The position numbers were made by a program, and so were the translations under genes. From Octopus vulgaris (Eukaryota), in contig OX597824.1 of the NCBI GenBank assembly GCA_951406725.2, positions 65,286,001 through 65,350,000 on the forward strand: 64,000 nucleotides of DNA, written 5' to 3'. Position 1 is the stretch's first letter. Every line of letters starts with the position of its first letter. Positions 1 through 13,573 of the stretch are shown piece after piece. A model generated the notes under the pieces. That model was given only the letters and a program-made list of their open reading frames with translations, ran no database searches and was not told where the DNA came from.

Positions 1-302
1 ATTATAATCATCTTCACTATTATAAAGTGTGGTGGAGCAACAGAAATGAGTATCGGTTAAATTAAATATGTTTTGATATTTAGAATTCAGTATCTTTTAG
101 ATTCTGAGTTCAAACTTGGCCCTTCATCCCTCCAGGGTTACTATATCCTGTTCTTTCTAAATATGAATCTTTGATCTAATGTTAGAAATTATAATGTCTA
201 ACATTAGAAATTGATAACATAACTCACACCTGTGACCTTCTGCTGAAGGCAAGTTAGAAATCCTAATTATTATTGTTGCTTTTGTTGTTATATTGTTCAT
301 AA

Positions 303-550
303 CTGAAGAAGCCTGTCGTATATATGTGTGTGTGTGTGTGTATGTACGTGCATGTGTGTGTGTGTTTGTCCCTCCAACATCGCTTGACAACTGATGGTGG
401 TGTGTTTACGTCCCCGTAACTTAGTGGTTCAGCAAAACAGACCGATAGAATAAGTACTAGGCTAATAAAGAATAAGTCCTGGGGTTGATTTTTTCGACTA
501 AAGGTGGTGCTCCAGCATGGCCGCAGTCAAATGAATAAAAGAATAAAGAA
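303..550 (+). mobile_element. tRNA-derived SINE family A, 3' half
   Basis: Matches the 3' half of the copies at 52885-53302 and 38881-39290: gaagaagcctgtcgta-(TG)n-catcgcttgacaac...ggtgctccagcatggccgcagtcaaatga plus an A-rich tail. Confidence 0.85.
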
Positions 551-899
551 ATATGCAATAGTATTGAATTGCCACATCTTCATACTCAATGATGAAAATG
601 GAGGTGTATACAGGGGACAACTTTCCCCTACTTTTCAGCTCATGAGGTGGGGGCTTATATAATCTTATCCCCACCTTCTTTCCAACTTCAACTTCATGGA
701 TTTTAACATCACTCTAGTTCCTAAAACCATTTACAGTATTGTTCATAGTGAGATAACAATGAAAATTGTTTTCATGAAAGAAATAGATTTCAGTCTACCG
801 TTTGATGTTACTGGTAGAATTGTGTATATTGTAGAGCTAGAAACTAGAGCTAGTGGTGGTGATAAATGGCTTGGCTTCGTGCTCTTGCTTGATGGGGCT

Positions 900-1115
900 G
901 GGGCCAATCCAAGTTAGTAGTCCCAAAGGAGTCATCATGCATATAACTGACCAAGTCCACAGTGCTTTTCATTGTTGGTGGTCCCATGCCAGTCCTTCTG
1001 CATCCTCCAAGGTGATGTCAAATGTCTGGAGATTTTCCCCAATCACATCCAGCCATCTGGTGAGGGGCCTGCCACAGGGCCTCTTCCAGCCTGCAGCTGC
1101 TGCGTTGAATGAGAG
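900..1115 (-). mobile_element. RTE-clade LINE 3' end relic
   Basis: The minus strand translates to ...GWKRPCGRPLTRWLDVIGENLQTFDITLEDAEGLAWDHQQ*, the typical RTE C-terminal motif (GxRPRGRPxxRWxD...A.DR..WR). Confidence 0.7.
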
Positions 1116-1948
1116 TAAAGCCCTGGTAAAAGAAAGAGAACCAGATTAAGTAGGTATCAATCGGCCTTTGGATATAGTAGTTGATGGTGGTTGGAGTGCT
1201 GTTGACATAGATGAATATTATGCATCTTGTGTAGAAGAAGCTTTGCAGTGAAGTGTTTAGTTCAGGTTGTAATTCAATGAAAAAGAGTTTGCATGCTATC
1301 AGTAGTTTGTGGAAATCTTTATGTAATATAGTGCAATCATGTTTTTTCTAACCACCACCAACCACCAACTCTTCTTTTTCGTCTTTCTCCTCCTCTCCTT
1401 CTCTTCCTTTTCCTTCCCCCCCTCTTCATCCTTTCCTCCCTCTCCTTCTCTTCTTCCTCCTCCCTCTCCTGATCTCCCTCTTAAATGTAGGTCACTGGTA
1501 GTTTCTTGGTAGCAATATTACTTTTTGTGTACTCAATACATGTTTTTTATGTAAACAGAAAGCAAATCTTGCATAACATTTTCCTCACTTTTCTTTCTTT
1601 CCTTTTTTTTCTTTTTACTTATATGCTATTATATTCTATTTTTAAATTAGTACCTTGTGACATCAAGAATAATTGAAGAGCAATTTTTTTACTTTCCATA
1701 CTTGGTTTCTTAATAAAGGATTAAAGTTAATCTGAACAGCTGTGGACTGAAAACCCAGTGTATTGTTATTTTTTAAAATTCTCTCCAATAAGACTTTCTT
1801 ATTCATTCTATCAATAACTTCAGCTACTCTGCTGGATTAAACACTTTTAGCAGTTTGAGAATTTATTGACTTATATATATATATATATATATCAATAGTA
1901 CTAAAATTCTAGAGATGTTATTGTGTACTCAAAATATCAGAAACGGTA

Positions 1949-2199
1949 TTGGGTTGGTGCATAATTATAGTGGCTTGTTTTCAACAAATTTTATTCAACA
2001 AAAGCAATAACGGCATGTATCAAAAACATCTTTAAATGATTATTCCAGAGCATATTCACCATCTACTTCAGTTACTGCTTCCCATTAGCTTGTCAGATGG
2101 TCAGACCATCATTTAAAGATGTTTTTGTTAAATATTGTTGTTGTTTTTGTTGAATAAAATATATGGAAAAAAAGCTGCAGTAATTATGCGCCAAGCCAA
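1949..2199. mobile_element. mariner-derived MITE (TA TSD, long imperfect TIRs)
   Basis: TA|TTGGGTTGGTGCATAATTAT ... GTAATTATGCGCCAAGCCAA|TA. The inverted arms extend about 90 bp (aaaaacatctttaaatgat / atcatttaaagatgttttt). The interior reads WEAVTEVDGEY on the minus strand, like a mariner transposase C-terminus. Confidence 0.85.
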
Positions 2200-2799
2200 T
2201 ATATTTTATCTGAATTTTTTTGCATATTTATTTTCATACTTACCTTCGGCAGTGCAGTACGTGTATATGAAATGAATGTGTGTGTTTGTAAAAGAGAGAG
2301 AGAGAGTGAGTGAGTGAAGGGGTGTGTTGTCATGTATACGTACATACATCAATACATATGCATACATCTTTTTTGTATGTACGTGTGCATGTGTGTGTGT
2401 GTGAGAGAGAGAGAAAGTGAGTGAGTGAATGTGTGTGTTCTCATGTATGCGTAAGCAGCACTCTCTCTCTCTCACACACACATCCATTTCACATACTCAT
2501 TCATACATCTTTCACTTTCTCCTCTCTTTCACTTTAAAACAAAAAGTAACAGGTGATTTTTCAGGATAAAAATTGTTAAAAAAGCTTCTACTCATGTAAC
2601 TCTCTAACAAAAAAAAAAGTCAACTTTTTGACGTACACACACACTGACATAGAGAAATATCTTTTTTGCGGAGATTACTTATAGTTTCATCATTTCAGAT
2701 TTTATTCTATTTCATTCATTTGACATTTGCAATCTCTTTGTTGTTTTGATTTAATTTTCTTAATAGAACATTACATACAAAAATAAGCACTGATCAATT

Positions 2800-3400
2800 A
2801 TGTCACATGGAAAGAGACAGGGATCATTGTAGTCAAAAGATGATGCCAAAAGGCGTCGGGAAGAAGCAAGGGCAAGGAGACAACAGGAAATGGCTGAGAT
2901 GATGGCAGAACGATGGCAGGATAACAGAGTCACACAGCAAAGAAGGAGGCAAGGAGAGACTGAGGAAGATAGGAATGCATATCTCCAGGATGTGAGACAA
3001 AGAGCAAATAGCAGAAGACTTACAGAAATGCCTGAGATGAAGGCTGCACGACTCTTAAATAACAGGGTGAGGAAGGAAAGAAGGACAGAGGGAGCAATGG
3101 AAGGAAATTGATCCACTCTTTCTGCTGTATGATGAATAAAATATGCTCTTACCATGATTTTCAAGAGTAAATTCACCAGACCCGAACTTCTCAAACCCTC
3201 AACATACAGTGTCCTCATTCGCCACATCTTCACCAAACACTTCATTGATGTTTCGAGCTGTCTGGGATGCATTGGTTCCATGATGAAACTCATATTCATA
3301 AACAGCACAAATTTTTTATCTATCCATGGGTTCACAAAAATTGATTTACAAGAGAAAACTCACAATATAATCAGATACCATGAATTGCATTTTGAAAAGT
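2800..3400 (+). pseudogene. Degenerate ORF with STPR-like Arg/Glu repeats, possibly a Helitron Rep-Hel N-terminal relic
   Basis: ETEEDRNAYLQDVRQRANSRRLTEMPEMKAARLLNNRVR resembles the ETxExRxxRL repeats at Helitron N-termini. Several in-frame stops; no Rep or helicase motifs are visible. Confidence 0.4.
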
Positions 3401-4163
3401 GATGATGAAATTCTTCAATGTTGTAAAACAAAGAATTGTCACGATAAAACATTAAAGTTAACGCCTGTTAAACTTGGTGTATAAGAAAATCAGTCATTTC
3501 ATTCTTAACAACCTGATACAATATCATTCAAAAATTCTAGTACTATACGAACCATAATTACATCTTTTTACTTATGTTATCAGAATCTCATTTATAAAAT
3601 GAGTAATTAAATTATATATTAAAAATGATTAATAGTTATTACCATTTTGTTATCTCCAATGCAGCAATGACAATATGGTAGTGTTAGCAGTAATAAAAAC
3701 AAAACAAAAAGCAGTTACTCATGACAGAAGGCAAAACAGAACTATTCCTCTCCACATGATCACCTCCCACTCATAGATTGCTGTTTGTTATAGAGGTTAT
3801 AGTTAACAATTTTAGTAACCATACATACTCATTATGCCACAAGCTGTGTTATAGAGATTTTTCTTTCTCTTTAAAGTCAAAAGATAGACAGAAAATCAGT
3901 CCTCTTGATCTGAAAGCAAACCTTCCCTTGCTCACTGTTATGTTGTCTTGTTATTTGAATGGACCCCTGCTCTTCTATGACATCTCTCCCAGTATAACTT
4001 GCGGGATGTCTTTTCATTTCCTCACACTATGCATTCCTTCTCTGACCTTGTACTAAATATTAGCACAGTTTTATTCTCCTTTACAGTATCTCTTCTTAGA
4101 GCTTTCTATCAGATCATATTTTCAACAATCAACTTCCTTTTCTTCAAACTTTCAAATTTCACT

Positions 4164-4698
4164 GGTGCAGGCATGGCTGTTTGGTAAGAAGTTCGCTTCC
4201 CAACCACAAGGTTCTGTATTTACTCCCACTGCATAGCACCTTGGGCAAGTGTCTTCCACTGCAGTCCCAAGCCAACCAAAGTGTTGTGAGTGGATTTGGT
4301 AGATGGGCACTGGAAGAAATCTGCAGTATATATATATATATGTAAACAATTTATAAGTAAGGGCAAAAGAAAAAATTCCTAATGCCAAAATATGCCAAAA
4401 ATAGACACAATGTCAATAACTATGTAATTTATCACTACAAGCACGCGTTTCGAAGAAAGCCAACAGAAATTTCTAAAAAAATTAGAAATTTCTGTTGGCT
4501 TTCTTCAAAACACATGCTTGTAGTGATAAATTACATGGTTATGACGTTGTGTCTATTTTCAGCATATTTTGGGCATTAGGAATTTTTTCTTTTGCCCTTA
4601 CTTATAAATTGTTTATAAATTTAACCTTTAAAGGTATTTTTTAATATGCTGGCCATTGATAGAATTTTTTTCGAAAAATTATATCCTACATTAGATGT

Positions 4699-4744
<46 letters not shown>

Positions 4745-4935
4745 GCATGTGTGTTTGTATTTGTTTGTCCTACCACCACTGCTTGACAACCAGTTTTGGC
4801 TTATGTTCCTGTAAGCAACTAATAAAATAATTACCAAACTTAAAAAAGAAAATAAGTACTGTGGTCAATTTGTTCAACTAAATCCTTCAAGGTGGTGCCC
4901 CAGTATGGCCACTGTCCAATGAGAGTAAAAGAAGA
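4164..4935 (+). mobile_element. SINE family A copy interrupted by a palindromic element in its internal TA tract
   Basis: tRNA-like head ggtgcaggcatggctgtttggtaagaag...; ccttgggcaagtgtcttc body; the 3' half resumes at about 4750 and ends ggtgccccagtatggccactgtcc-aatgagagtaaaag. Confidence 0.85.
4343..4615. repeat. Long palindrome (about 135-bp arms, A5 loop at 4477-4481) with a one-sided tail to about 4700, TA-flanked
   Basis: taaacaatttataagtaagggcaaaagaaaaaattcctaatgcc... is the reverse complement of ...ggcattaggaattttttcttttgcccttacttataaattgttta. The left arm contains acgcgtttcg. Confidence 0.95.
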
Positions 4936-6810
4936 TGCATTCAACTAATAATTTTTTGTATTGTTCATTTTCGTTAAAAAGGATACTTTTATATCTTTGA
5001 GCAATTTTCTTTTTATAGAGTTTGTTTTTTAAAACTAGATTTATGATTTTACTATTTACTCTTTATTGAATATTATCTTTTAATGTCCAGCTTCCATGTT
5101 AATATGGGTTAGATAGTTTCACATGATTTGACAGCTTTGAAAACTGCCTCTTGCTCCAAAGTTTCAGTGGCTGGATACTCTTCCTAATGCCAGTCACTTT
5201 AGAAAGTGTACTGGGTATTTTTTCATGGCATTGGCACTAAGGAGGTTGCCATGCAGCTTGCAAGACTAAGATCTCCTTCTATTGAATAAGGCTTACAGTT
5301 GAGTGGAAAGCAGCTTCATATTAGGAGATGAGAGGTTAATGTATAAAAGAAGGAGGTCAGTGTATATAATCCTTTGTCAATAGCTTGACTGAGTTTTTGA
5401 TGCTCTAACAACAATTTAGAATAATCTGTTATATTTGACTAGAATCGAAAATTCTGGTACCCACAGCTTCTTAGCCTAACACAAAATACACACACACTTG
5501 CACACGCTGCCATACAAACTAAAAGTCCTTAAAAATCCTCAAATATTGGAAATTAACCCAACATATGTAAGAAGACTAACTAGGCAGTACAATTCCACTA
5601 AATCTGATACACTAAGCATGGTTAGTCCTAGTAACCATTTGTTTATGTTTGGTAAAGTTATTGTATTCCCTTGTGTGTTAAGCTAGAGCCAAGAAGCTAG
5701 ACATTCATCCAACTGATAAATTATCAAATCATTATTTTAAGTACCAAACTGTCAATTCAGTATTTTAAAACTGTGTCTTGTCACTGCGTCTTTTTTCAGC
5801 TTACTTCAGTCATATAATCAACATTGTCGTTTCTACATCATTCTGATATTAAACTACTTTACTTGTTGTTATTTCATTACTATTTATAATTGTCCGCTTG
5901 TTCACTATACACAAGGCTGGTATTATTTAGTTTTCCTACACAACATTAAACATTAATGTTAATAGAGTCATGCTGAGAACATGACATGATAGATTTTAAA
6001 GAAACACTAATACTTATATAGATCTCAATGCCATTGCATAAATTAAGCTGGTTTTAAATAGATGCAAGCATGGCTGTGTGGTTAAGAAGTTTGCTTCATG
6101 ACTATATGGATTTAGGTTTGATTTCACTGTGAGTCACTTTGGGTAACTTATCTTCTACCATAGTTTCAGATCTATGAAAACCTCGTGAATAAAATCTGTG
6201 TGGAAGCTTGTTGAAGGGACTGTTCCTGTTCTTGAGTAGTAGACTTAATCCTTTGCCCAATTTAACACCACCACCTGGTCCTTAAATAACTCTAATGGAT
6301 TCCACTCAGTTGAAAACATTTGATCTGAGGGTAACTACCTCCTTTCCTTTCCCTAGTCATAGAGGCCTTAAGAATGTCATGGGCACTGCCCTTCTTTTTT
6401 TCTGATTGCAATATGCAAAAGAAAAAGATGTTAATCACAGTTATAGTCAAAGCATGGTTGCTGGCTTTAGTCTGTTCTCAAAGTTCCTCAAACATTGATG
6501 TAGTTATTACATTAAAAAAATTTTTTAATTTGTTTGTAATTGATGTTATGCTATTAGAAAGCCATAGTCAAGCCTGCTGGAACAGGTTTATAATTTGGCA
6601 GTATGTGATTAAGTGTTAAGTTAATCCAGGTAAAAAAAAAGTCACAGAAGAAAGTACATACACACTTGCATACACAGTATGATATTTTTTACTTATGTTA
6701 TATAAGTGTTGTTGTCAGTGTGTACAAATGTTTACTTTACAAGATACAGATATACAAAAAAAATCAATCCTCCTGATCTAGACTTAAAATGGTATCTGTT
6801 ATGTTTTATA

Positions 6811-7154
6811 TTTTACTTGTTTTAGGCATTAGACTATGGCCATGCTGGGGCCATTGAAGAATTTTTAGTTGAATGAATTAACCCTCAGTACTTACTTATC
6901 TACTGGTCCCTTTTGCTGAACCACTAAGTTATGGGGACGTAAGCACACCAACATTGGTTGCCAAGCTTGGTGGTGGAGGACAGACACAAACACACATACA
7001 CTGGGCATCTTTCAGTATTTATCTACCAAATCCACTCACAATACCTTGGTTGGTTTGAGGCTATAGTAGAAGACACTTGCCCAAGGTGCCATACAGTGGG
7101 ACTGAGCCTGGAACCATGTGGTTGAGAAGCAAGCTTCTTACCACACAGCCATGC
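6811..7154 (-). mobile_element. SINE family A copy
   Basis: ctatagtagaagacacttgcccaaggtgcc...ggaaccatgtggttg...ccacacagccatgc, collinear with 52885-53302. Confidence 0.85.
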
Positions 7155-7797
7155 TGTTTAATAATTTTATGTATCCTAAGTATTATTCACAGTATTCAAA
7201 TGAATGTGACAGTTTTTCTACATCTAAAATGCACTGCACATATCCAACATCAACACTAAGGTTTCTATTGAGATTAAGTTGGTTTCTTGTGTATCATGTG
7301 AAGTTTTCCTTATTATGATAGGGTGTTAGTGTGAAGGTCTTGGTATGCTATTTCCAGTTTGATTATCAACTTCATTTGGTATCTAAAAGCATGGATAATA
7401 ATTGCAGTGAAGACAGCTGGCGCCAGAACACATAACAGTGTTAATAGTACTAATGTTCATAATGCATGTATTTCACACACACACACACACACACATGTCA
7501 ATGATTTCATTATAAACAGCAGGGACTGCAGTTAAAATAAAGTACTCAAATCTTCAAGAAGAGGTTAGAATAATTTAAGGAGAAGTGATTCATACAGGAC
7601 TGTTTCTATTCCATTCATGGAGAAATCAACTTGTTGAATGACACGGAATTAGTCTTGTATGAGATACTTCACATTTAGTTAATTAAATGTGTATATTTTA
7701 TCTCTTTTTCTTTTATTTGTTCAGCCATTAGACTGCAGCCATGCTTAGGCACTGCCTTGTGTGTATGTGTGTGTATATATTTATGTGTGTATATATT

Positions 7798-7847
<50 letters not shown>

Positions 7848-9035
7848 TAAATGAAATAAAACATATGCATATATATAAACATATATATACCTACCTCTAC
7901 ATGTACATATACACGCATATATGAGTACAGGACACCAAAGGGACGTCGAACACAAAGAGAAACGAAAACATAGACACAAACCAAAGGAACTGGACATATA
8001 TACATATATATTTGCACATGAGTTGTCTAAAAATCCATAAGCCAGGGAAAAGATGCACTCATATATCTGTTAATGTACAGTATTATCTATCCTTCATGGC
8101 TGATCTTACCAATTGATTTCATGCTAGAAATACAATACAGTGTTAGGTAACAATCCAATTATATAACCTTACGTTGATCAAACTTAGCTGATATGGAATG
8201 GATTATGTAGCAGTTGCTATATTCCTTTTTTGTAGGAGTTACACATATTATTATGTAAAACAGTTTGATTCAACTCCATGCAACTTAAATTTTGTAGGCT
8301 TCTTATAAAAACCTAGCTTGGTGGGCTCAAGTAGCCAAATGAAGATGTGCAGGATGGTTACTGGAAACTGGGCTGCTATTGTTCAAAGTGGGTCATATAT
8401 TATTAAAATGGTATCGAAAATTTTTCTTTTAATACATTCTTTTGTGAGTCATAGTCTGGCCAGATATACGGTTCTCAATGAGGAATGCAATGATTCCAAT
8501 ATATTGTCCACAAAATAGCTTGCAGCAAATATTGTATACTTCATGCTGCCACACACAAAAACTTTGTACAGGTTTTGTATTTACGTTCTTGCATATTGAT
8601 ATTAGGATGTTATTCCAATAGGCACATTGCTCTCTCTGACACTAGATACCAATGATTGTTATACAGGTCCCAAAGCACCGTATCCTATCATGAAGAAATT
8701 AGTGATAGAGGTGGGATTTTAATTCATAATGCCAAGAGCCAGAATAGATATCATAAAGTATCTTGTCTAATGGCCTAACATTTTCTCCATCCTGCCATCT
8801 TGAATTATTTATTTCTTTATTTCTCGAACCCGGCGTCTGGACTCATTGCAGAGCGGACAAAATTACTAATGCATGCTTTTCCATCCAATGCTCAAATAAC
8901 CCTAAAAATTTACTGCTTTGTAGATGCAAATAACTAGGGTTGCCAGATTAGAAAATTAGACATATGGGACACTCTTAAAATCTCTCTGCATATATATATA
9001 TAAATTTATACATGTCTACAATACAGAACAATACA

Positions 9036-9268
9036 CAGGGTTGGCCAAAAGCCACTTGACAGTAAATCAAAACTATTTAGTTCCAAGATTTATTTATGTT
9101 TAACAACTGAATGAATTTAATAAAAGCATCTAAATATGAAACATCATGAAAATTGTTCAAACTGAAGTCCTTCTTGAGTGACACATTTTCCCATTGGAGC
9201 CAATACAGAATCACAGATAGTATTTATAGAAATTTGATTTACTGCTAGGTGACTTATGGCCAATCCTG
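9036..9268. mobile_element. Tc1/mariner-type MITE nested in the hAT element
   Basis: CAGGGTTGGCCAAAAGCCACTTG ... AGGTGACTTATGGCCAATCCTG|TA; a second copy lies in opposite orientation at 26062-26258. Confidence 0.8.
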
Positions 9269-9784
9269 TATTATATAAAAGTAGACAAGTTAAAAACATG
9301 AAGCAATTATTTTAATGGATTATGAGAAAAACAAAAGTAAAATTATTTAATACAAGCTAAAATAGCGAAATAGTTAAAGTGAAATAATTTGAAAATATTT
9401 CTTTAATACAGAAACAGAGAAATAAGCAAATAAATCTGTTAAACTGAAATCATTGTAATTTTTTTTATCCAATGACAAATAGAAACAATATAGAAAAAAT
9501 CTTTTATTGTGAAAGTATTTGAATATTTTTTATTTAATACAGGCAATATAGATAACTAAAAGAAATACTGAGAAAGTGAAATCATTGCATTTTCTTATTC
9601 AATAGAGACAATAGAAAAATGCAAAGGAAATAACTTAGAAAATTATTATTTAATGCAAACAATACAGAAAATAGACTAAGAAGTTGTGTTTCATATGGAG
9701 AACATGAAAAGAAACAAAACTGATAAACTTAAATGCAAAATTTTCTTAACAGACCACATGAGAATTAAACTTAAACCTTTACTT

Positions 9785-11628
9785 TTAGTTATATTTCACT
9801 GATGATTTGGCTTTTGTTAACAGGTCCTTTTTTTCTAACATATGCCTATAAAATTCTTTACATTGATAGTTAAGGTTCCATGTACATTGTAAGATAGCTT
9901 CTACAGTAGCCACATCCAACTTATTTTGTTTTTTAGTCCACTGAACATTTATCATCGAGAAGATATGCTCAACATCAGCATTATGCCCTGGTATGCTAAA
10001 TAAGAACTGGCACAAAATTAACAACTCTGAGTATTGTTCTTGAAACAATCTACTGAAGGATAGAAAACCATCTTTCATGGCACAGTTTGGTTTTCCATTC
10101 ATCAGGTTTGATCTGCATCTCTTTAGCAAGGAATTTTTGAATGTTGATCACTGACAGAAAAGAATGTTGTTGTCAATTTTTATACCTTTGTTCTTTAACA
10201 CTATACAATATGATTCTGCATGTTCCCATACTGGAACTGTATCCAATAACATCCATATAAAGTGATCAAAATTTTCAAAAGATGAAACCCATTTCTCTAG
10301 ATTGTCATAGCAAGTACTGTAATAGTTATCCACTTCAAGTAGAAATTTCTTTTTCTCTTCAGATTTAACATCGTCTTTATTAAGGCAATCCTTCACATTT
10401 CATTAATTCTTTCCTTTATAACTGCAATGATTTCTTTTAAACAGCCAAGCACTTCAATAATGCTGTTTTCTCTCTATTCTATCTTCATAATCCTGTTGCT
10501 AAAAGCATATTCGAAACTGTGAACAAGATATAAGTAGGCTTTGCTCAGTGGATTATTGAAGAATTCTACAAGGATTTGGGGAACCTTTTCTTCAGAATCA
10601 AAAGAAGATTTCAGTGCTTTAAATAACTTTAGGATTCTCTCAACTGCTCTCATCAAAGAAAGCCAATGAGTTTTAGAATGTGAGAGAATTGAGACATACT
10701 GCACACCAACAAACTTGCAGAAATTTTTCAACTTCTCAGATCGAACAGTATGAACACCAAAGTATGAAAACAATTTAACAACAATTACTTCGACATCAAC
10801 AGAAAGAACATTGGCCTCAGTATGAGCCACATTGTACAGGACATGGGCTGGACATCCAACACTTTCCATCAATTCATTCATGCTTTCCTTAATTTTGAAT
10901 AGACTTTATTTGTGCCTATGTGGAAACGTCCACCAAAATTAGTATTTGTGTTATCTCTACCAAAAGCTATACATTTCTTCACGTCCAGTCCTAACTTGAC
11001 AAGGTACTCACTCTCTGCAGAAGCTTGCTATTGTTTTCGAGGGCTCATCTAGAAGGGATCTTACTTGCAATAACTTTATCAACAAACCCTTTTCATGTGA
11101 ACAACATTGCACTATCAATGGGAAAATTTTCTCAGCATTCTGATTACTTGCATCTGTAGATATGCCATAAAAGGAAGAGTTATTTATATCTTTAACAATC
11201 TCTGCAATAGTGTATGGAGTCACATTTTTTATTATTGCAGCACATTTAGTCCTAGCACTTGAAAATTTGTATGCAATTTTAGAATCAGGAAATACTATTG
11301 GTAGTAGTATGTTCATGGTCATTTGAACTGAATGACTGATGATGACGGACAGTATGAAATGCCATCGCAACTCCTGCAGCTTTCTTCACCTGTGTTTTTC
11401 TTGATCAAGAAGTTTGTTATTTTACCAGCTTCTTTTGAAGTAGAAGTAATATTACTTTTGTGCATTGCTGTTTTTAAGTGTTGCTTGATATCAGACTTCC
11501 CGCCATGTTCAATACTGAAAGTGCCATTACATACACCACAGTTTGCTTTCTAAAGAGCTTCTTCCTTGTTTGATAAATGTCCATTCGCTGGAATATTCAT
11601 CAAGAAATTTACACTTACCTTTTGACAT
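9785..11628 (-). pseudogene. hAT-family transposase, frameshifted and with stops
   Basis: Starts MSKGKCKFLDEYSSEW (ATG at 11628). Fragments show ISTDASN, GCPAHVL, SKTHWLSL..AVERIL and the C-terminal dimerisation-like IPGHNADVEHIFSMINVQWTK, split over at least five ORF pieces. Confidence 0.9.
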
Positions 11629-13309
11629 TTTGGGATAGATGGATTGGTTTTTAAGTTAGAAAAAAAGTGGGAAAGTAGTAACAACACACTTTGTTGACAG
11701 TATCAAGTTGCGAGCAAGTCAGTTTTGTGTAAACTTCTAGCAACACTAATTTCCTCGTTTCATTTAAGTTATTTTCATCAAGAGAATATGAAAAAAGAAA
11801 GCATAATTACTTATAAAGTTACAACTAAGAACTGTAAGAAGGTAGTAAAAAAAATATTTTTATTATGAAATTTGAAAGTTAACTAAATACGGGACATTTC
11901 GGGTGTCCCTGAAAGGTCAGTACAGGACAGGGGATAAAATTATCAAATATGGGACATGTCCTGTAAATAAGGGTTGTCTGGCAACCCTAAACATAACCAT
12001 TTCGGTTCACATCAACGTATGTTTTAATCTATATCAGATCAACAAAACGAAAAAAATAAAGTGACTAATATGATTGGGGCTATATCAAATCAGTAAAAAA
12101 GAAAAAAAACAAGACTTATGTAAATGGGTCTTCATTCATTAAAACACTGATATATTCCATAATTTGAATTAATTAGATGTTCGCTGATTTCTTGACTCTT
12201 GTAAGTTTGTGAACACACGTACGCACGCATGTGCACGCGCTCGTGTACGACGGCAGTATTGTGTGTACACACAGTCACACAAAAATCAGATGTTATATAT
12301 GCTAAAAAGGTACATTGAATCAGCAGCCTATCGCGAATAAATAATACCCTATTCATCCTCCTCCATCTCTTACACTTTTCTATATATCTTTTTCTCTTAT
12401 TTTCGGCATATTATTTCTCTTCTCTCCTCAACCACAGACTCCCCTCTCTCTACCACAGCAGCTGCTTTACTTCTCAACATAAGTGTTATATGTTAAATAA
12501 AGCCAGGTGTTAAGTTGCTTGGCCAGCCAGTCAGCCTTGCTTTCAGATTTTCGCTACCGACTTACCTACCTATCTACCTACCTGTTGCTTAGCAACTGCT
12601 CAACCATAGCTGCTATTCAAAAAAGGATCAGTTTAATACTCCTGTCTCCCCAAATCGTAATACGCTGTGACCGCTTCCTAGATTTTTCTTTTTCCTATTC
12701 ATTAAAAAAAATTTCACGCACGCACACACATAAGAATGTACTAAAAGATACCTCAATGTATATATATATCCTGTGCATAATAAACGTACATTTTACATTT
12801 TAGTATGTGCATATATAATATTTATGTATAGCCACACATGCGCATATATAAATGCGCATATATAAAAGCGCATACACATGTACAGAAAAACCTAATATTA
12901 CTATGCTCAGCTGCTTCTGTACCTTAATCGCACACAATATGATTTAACAAAAAATTAATAGATCCATAGATGGATATATCTCTCATTCAATACTATTTGA
13001 ATGAATTGTTATATATATCTATTTATACCATGTAGTTCACAACAGTCCTTTACTACTACCCCAACCACCACCACCAGTATTAGTAGTAGTAATAGTAGAA
13101 AGATGTGTGATATATATGTATATAGCTGTTTGTATGTGTGTGTGTGTAAAATAAGTTGATTTACTCGATTTAAACCCTTCCAGATGTTGCTCCAGCATGG
13201 CCTCAATCCTATGACTGGCACAAGTTATATATTCATGTATATATATTTCGTTTTTGTATTTGATTTGCAAGATTCTTTATGAGAATTCATGTGTTGAAGC
13301 ATATTTTAT

Positions 13310-13573
13310 TGTCTGGGGAGAGTCATTCTCTTTTAGTGCCTTATTACTTAACACACCAGTTCGATTTCCACTCATTTTCTTATTTTTTTCTAAAATTTTC
13401 ATTGCGTCTTGTAACCTCTTTAATATTCGTTGATTCCTCAAGAGTCAACGACTATTAAAGAGGTTACAAGACGCAATGAAAAATTTAGAAAAAATATGAA
13501 GTAAATGAGTGGAAATCGAACCGGTTAGTGTGTTAATTAATAAAGCACTAAAAGAGAATGACTCGCCCCAGAC

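Larger units (their letters stand above)
8935..11989 (-). mobile_element. hAT (Blackjack-like) DNA transposon, degenerate
   Basis: Perfect 13-bp TIRs TAGGGTTGCCAGA (8935-8947) / TCTGGCAACCCTA (11977-11989). The 8-bp flanks caaataac / aacataac match at 6/8. Subterminal GGGACA motifs are present, and an internal hAT transposase. Confidence 0.92.
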
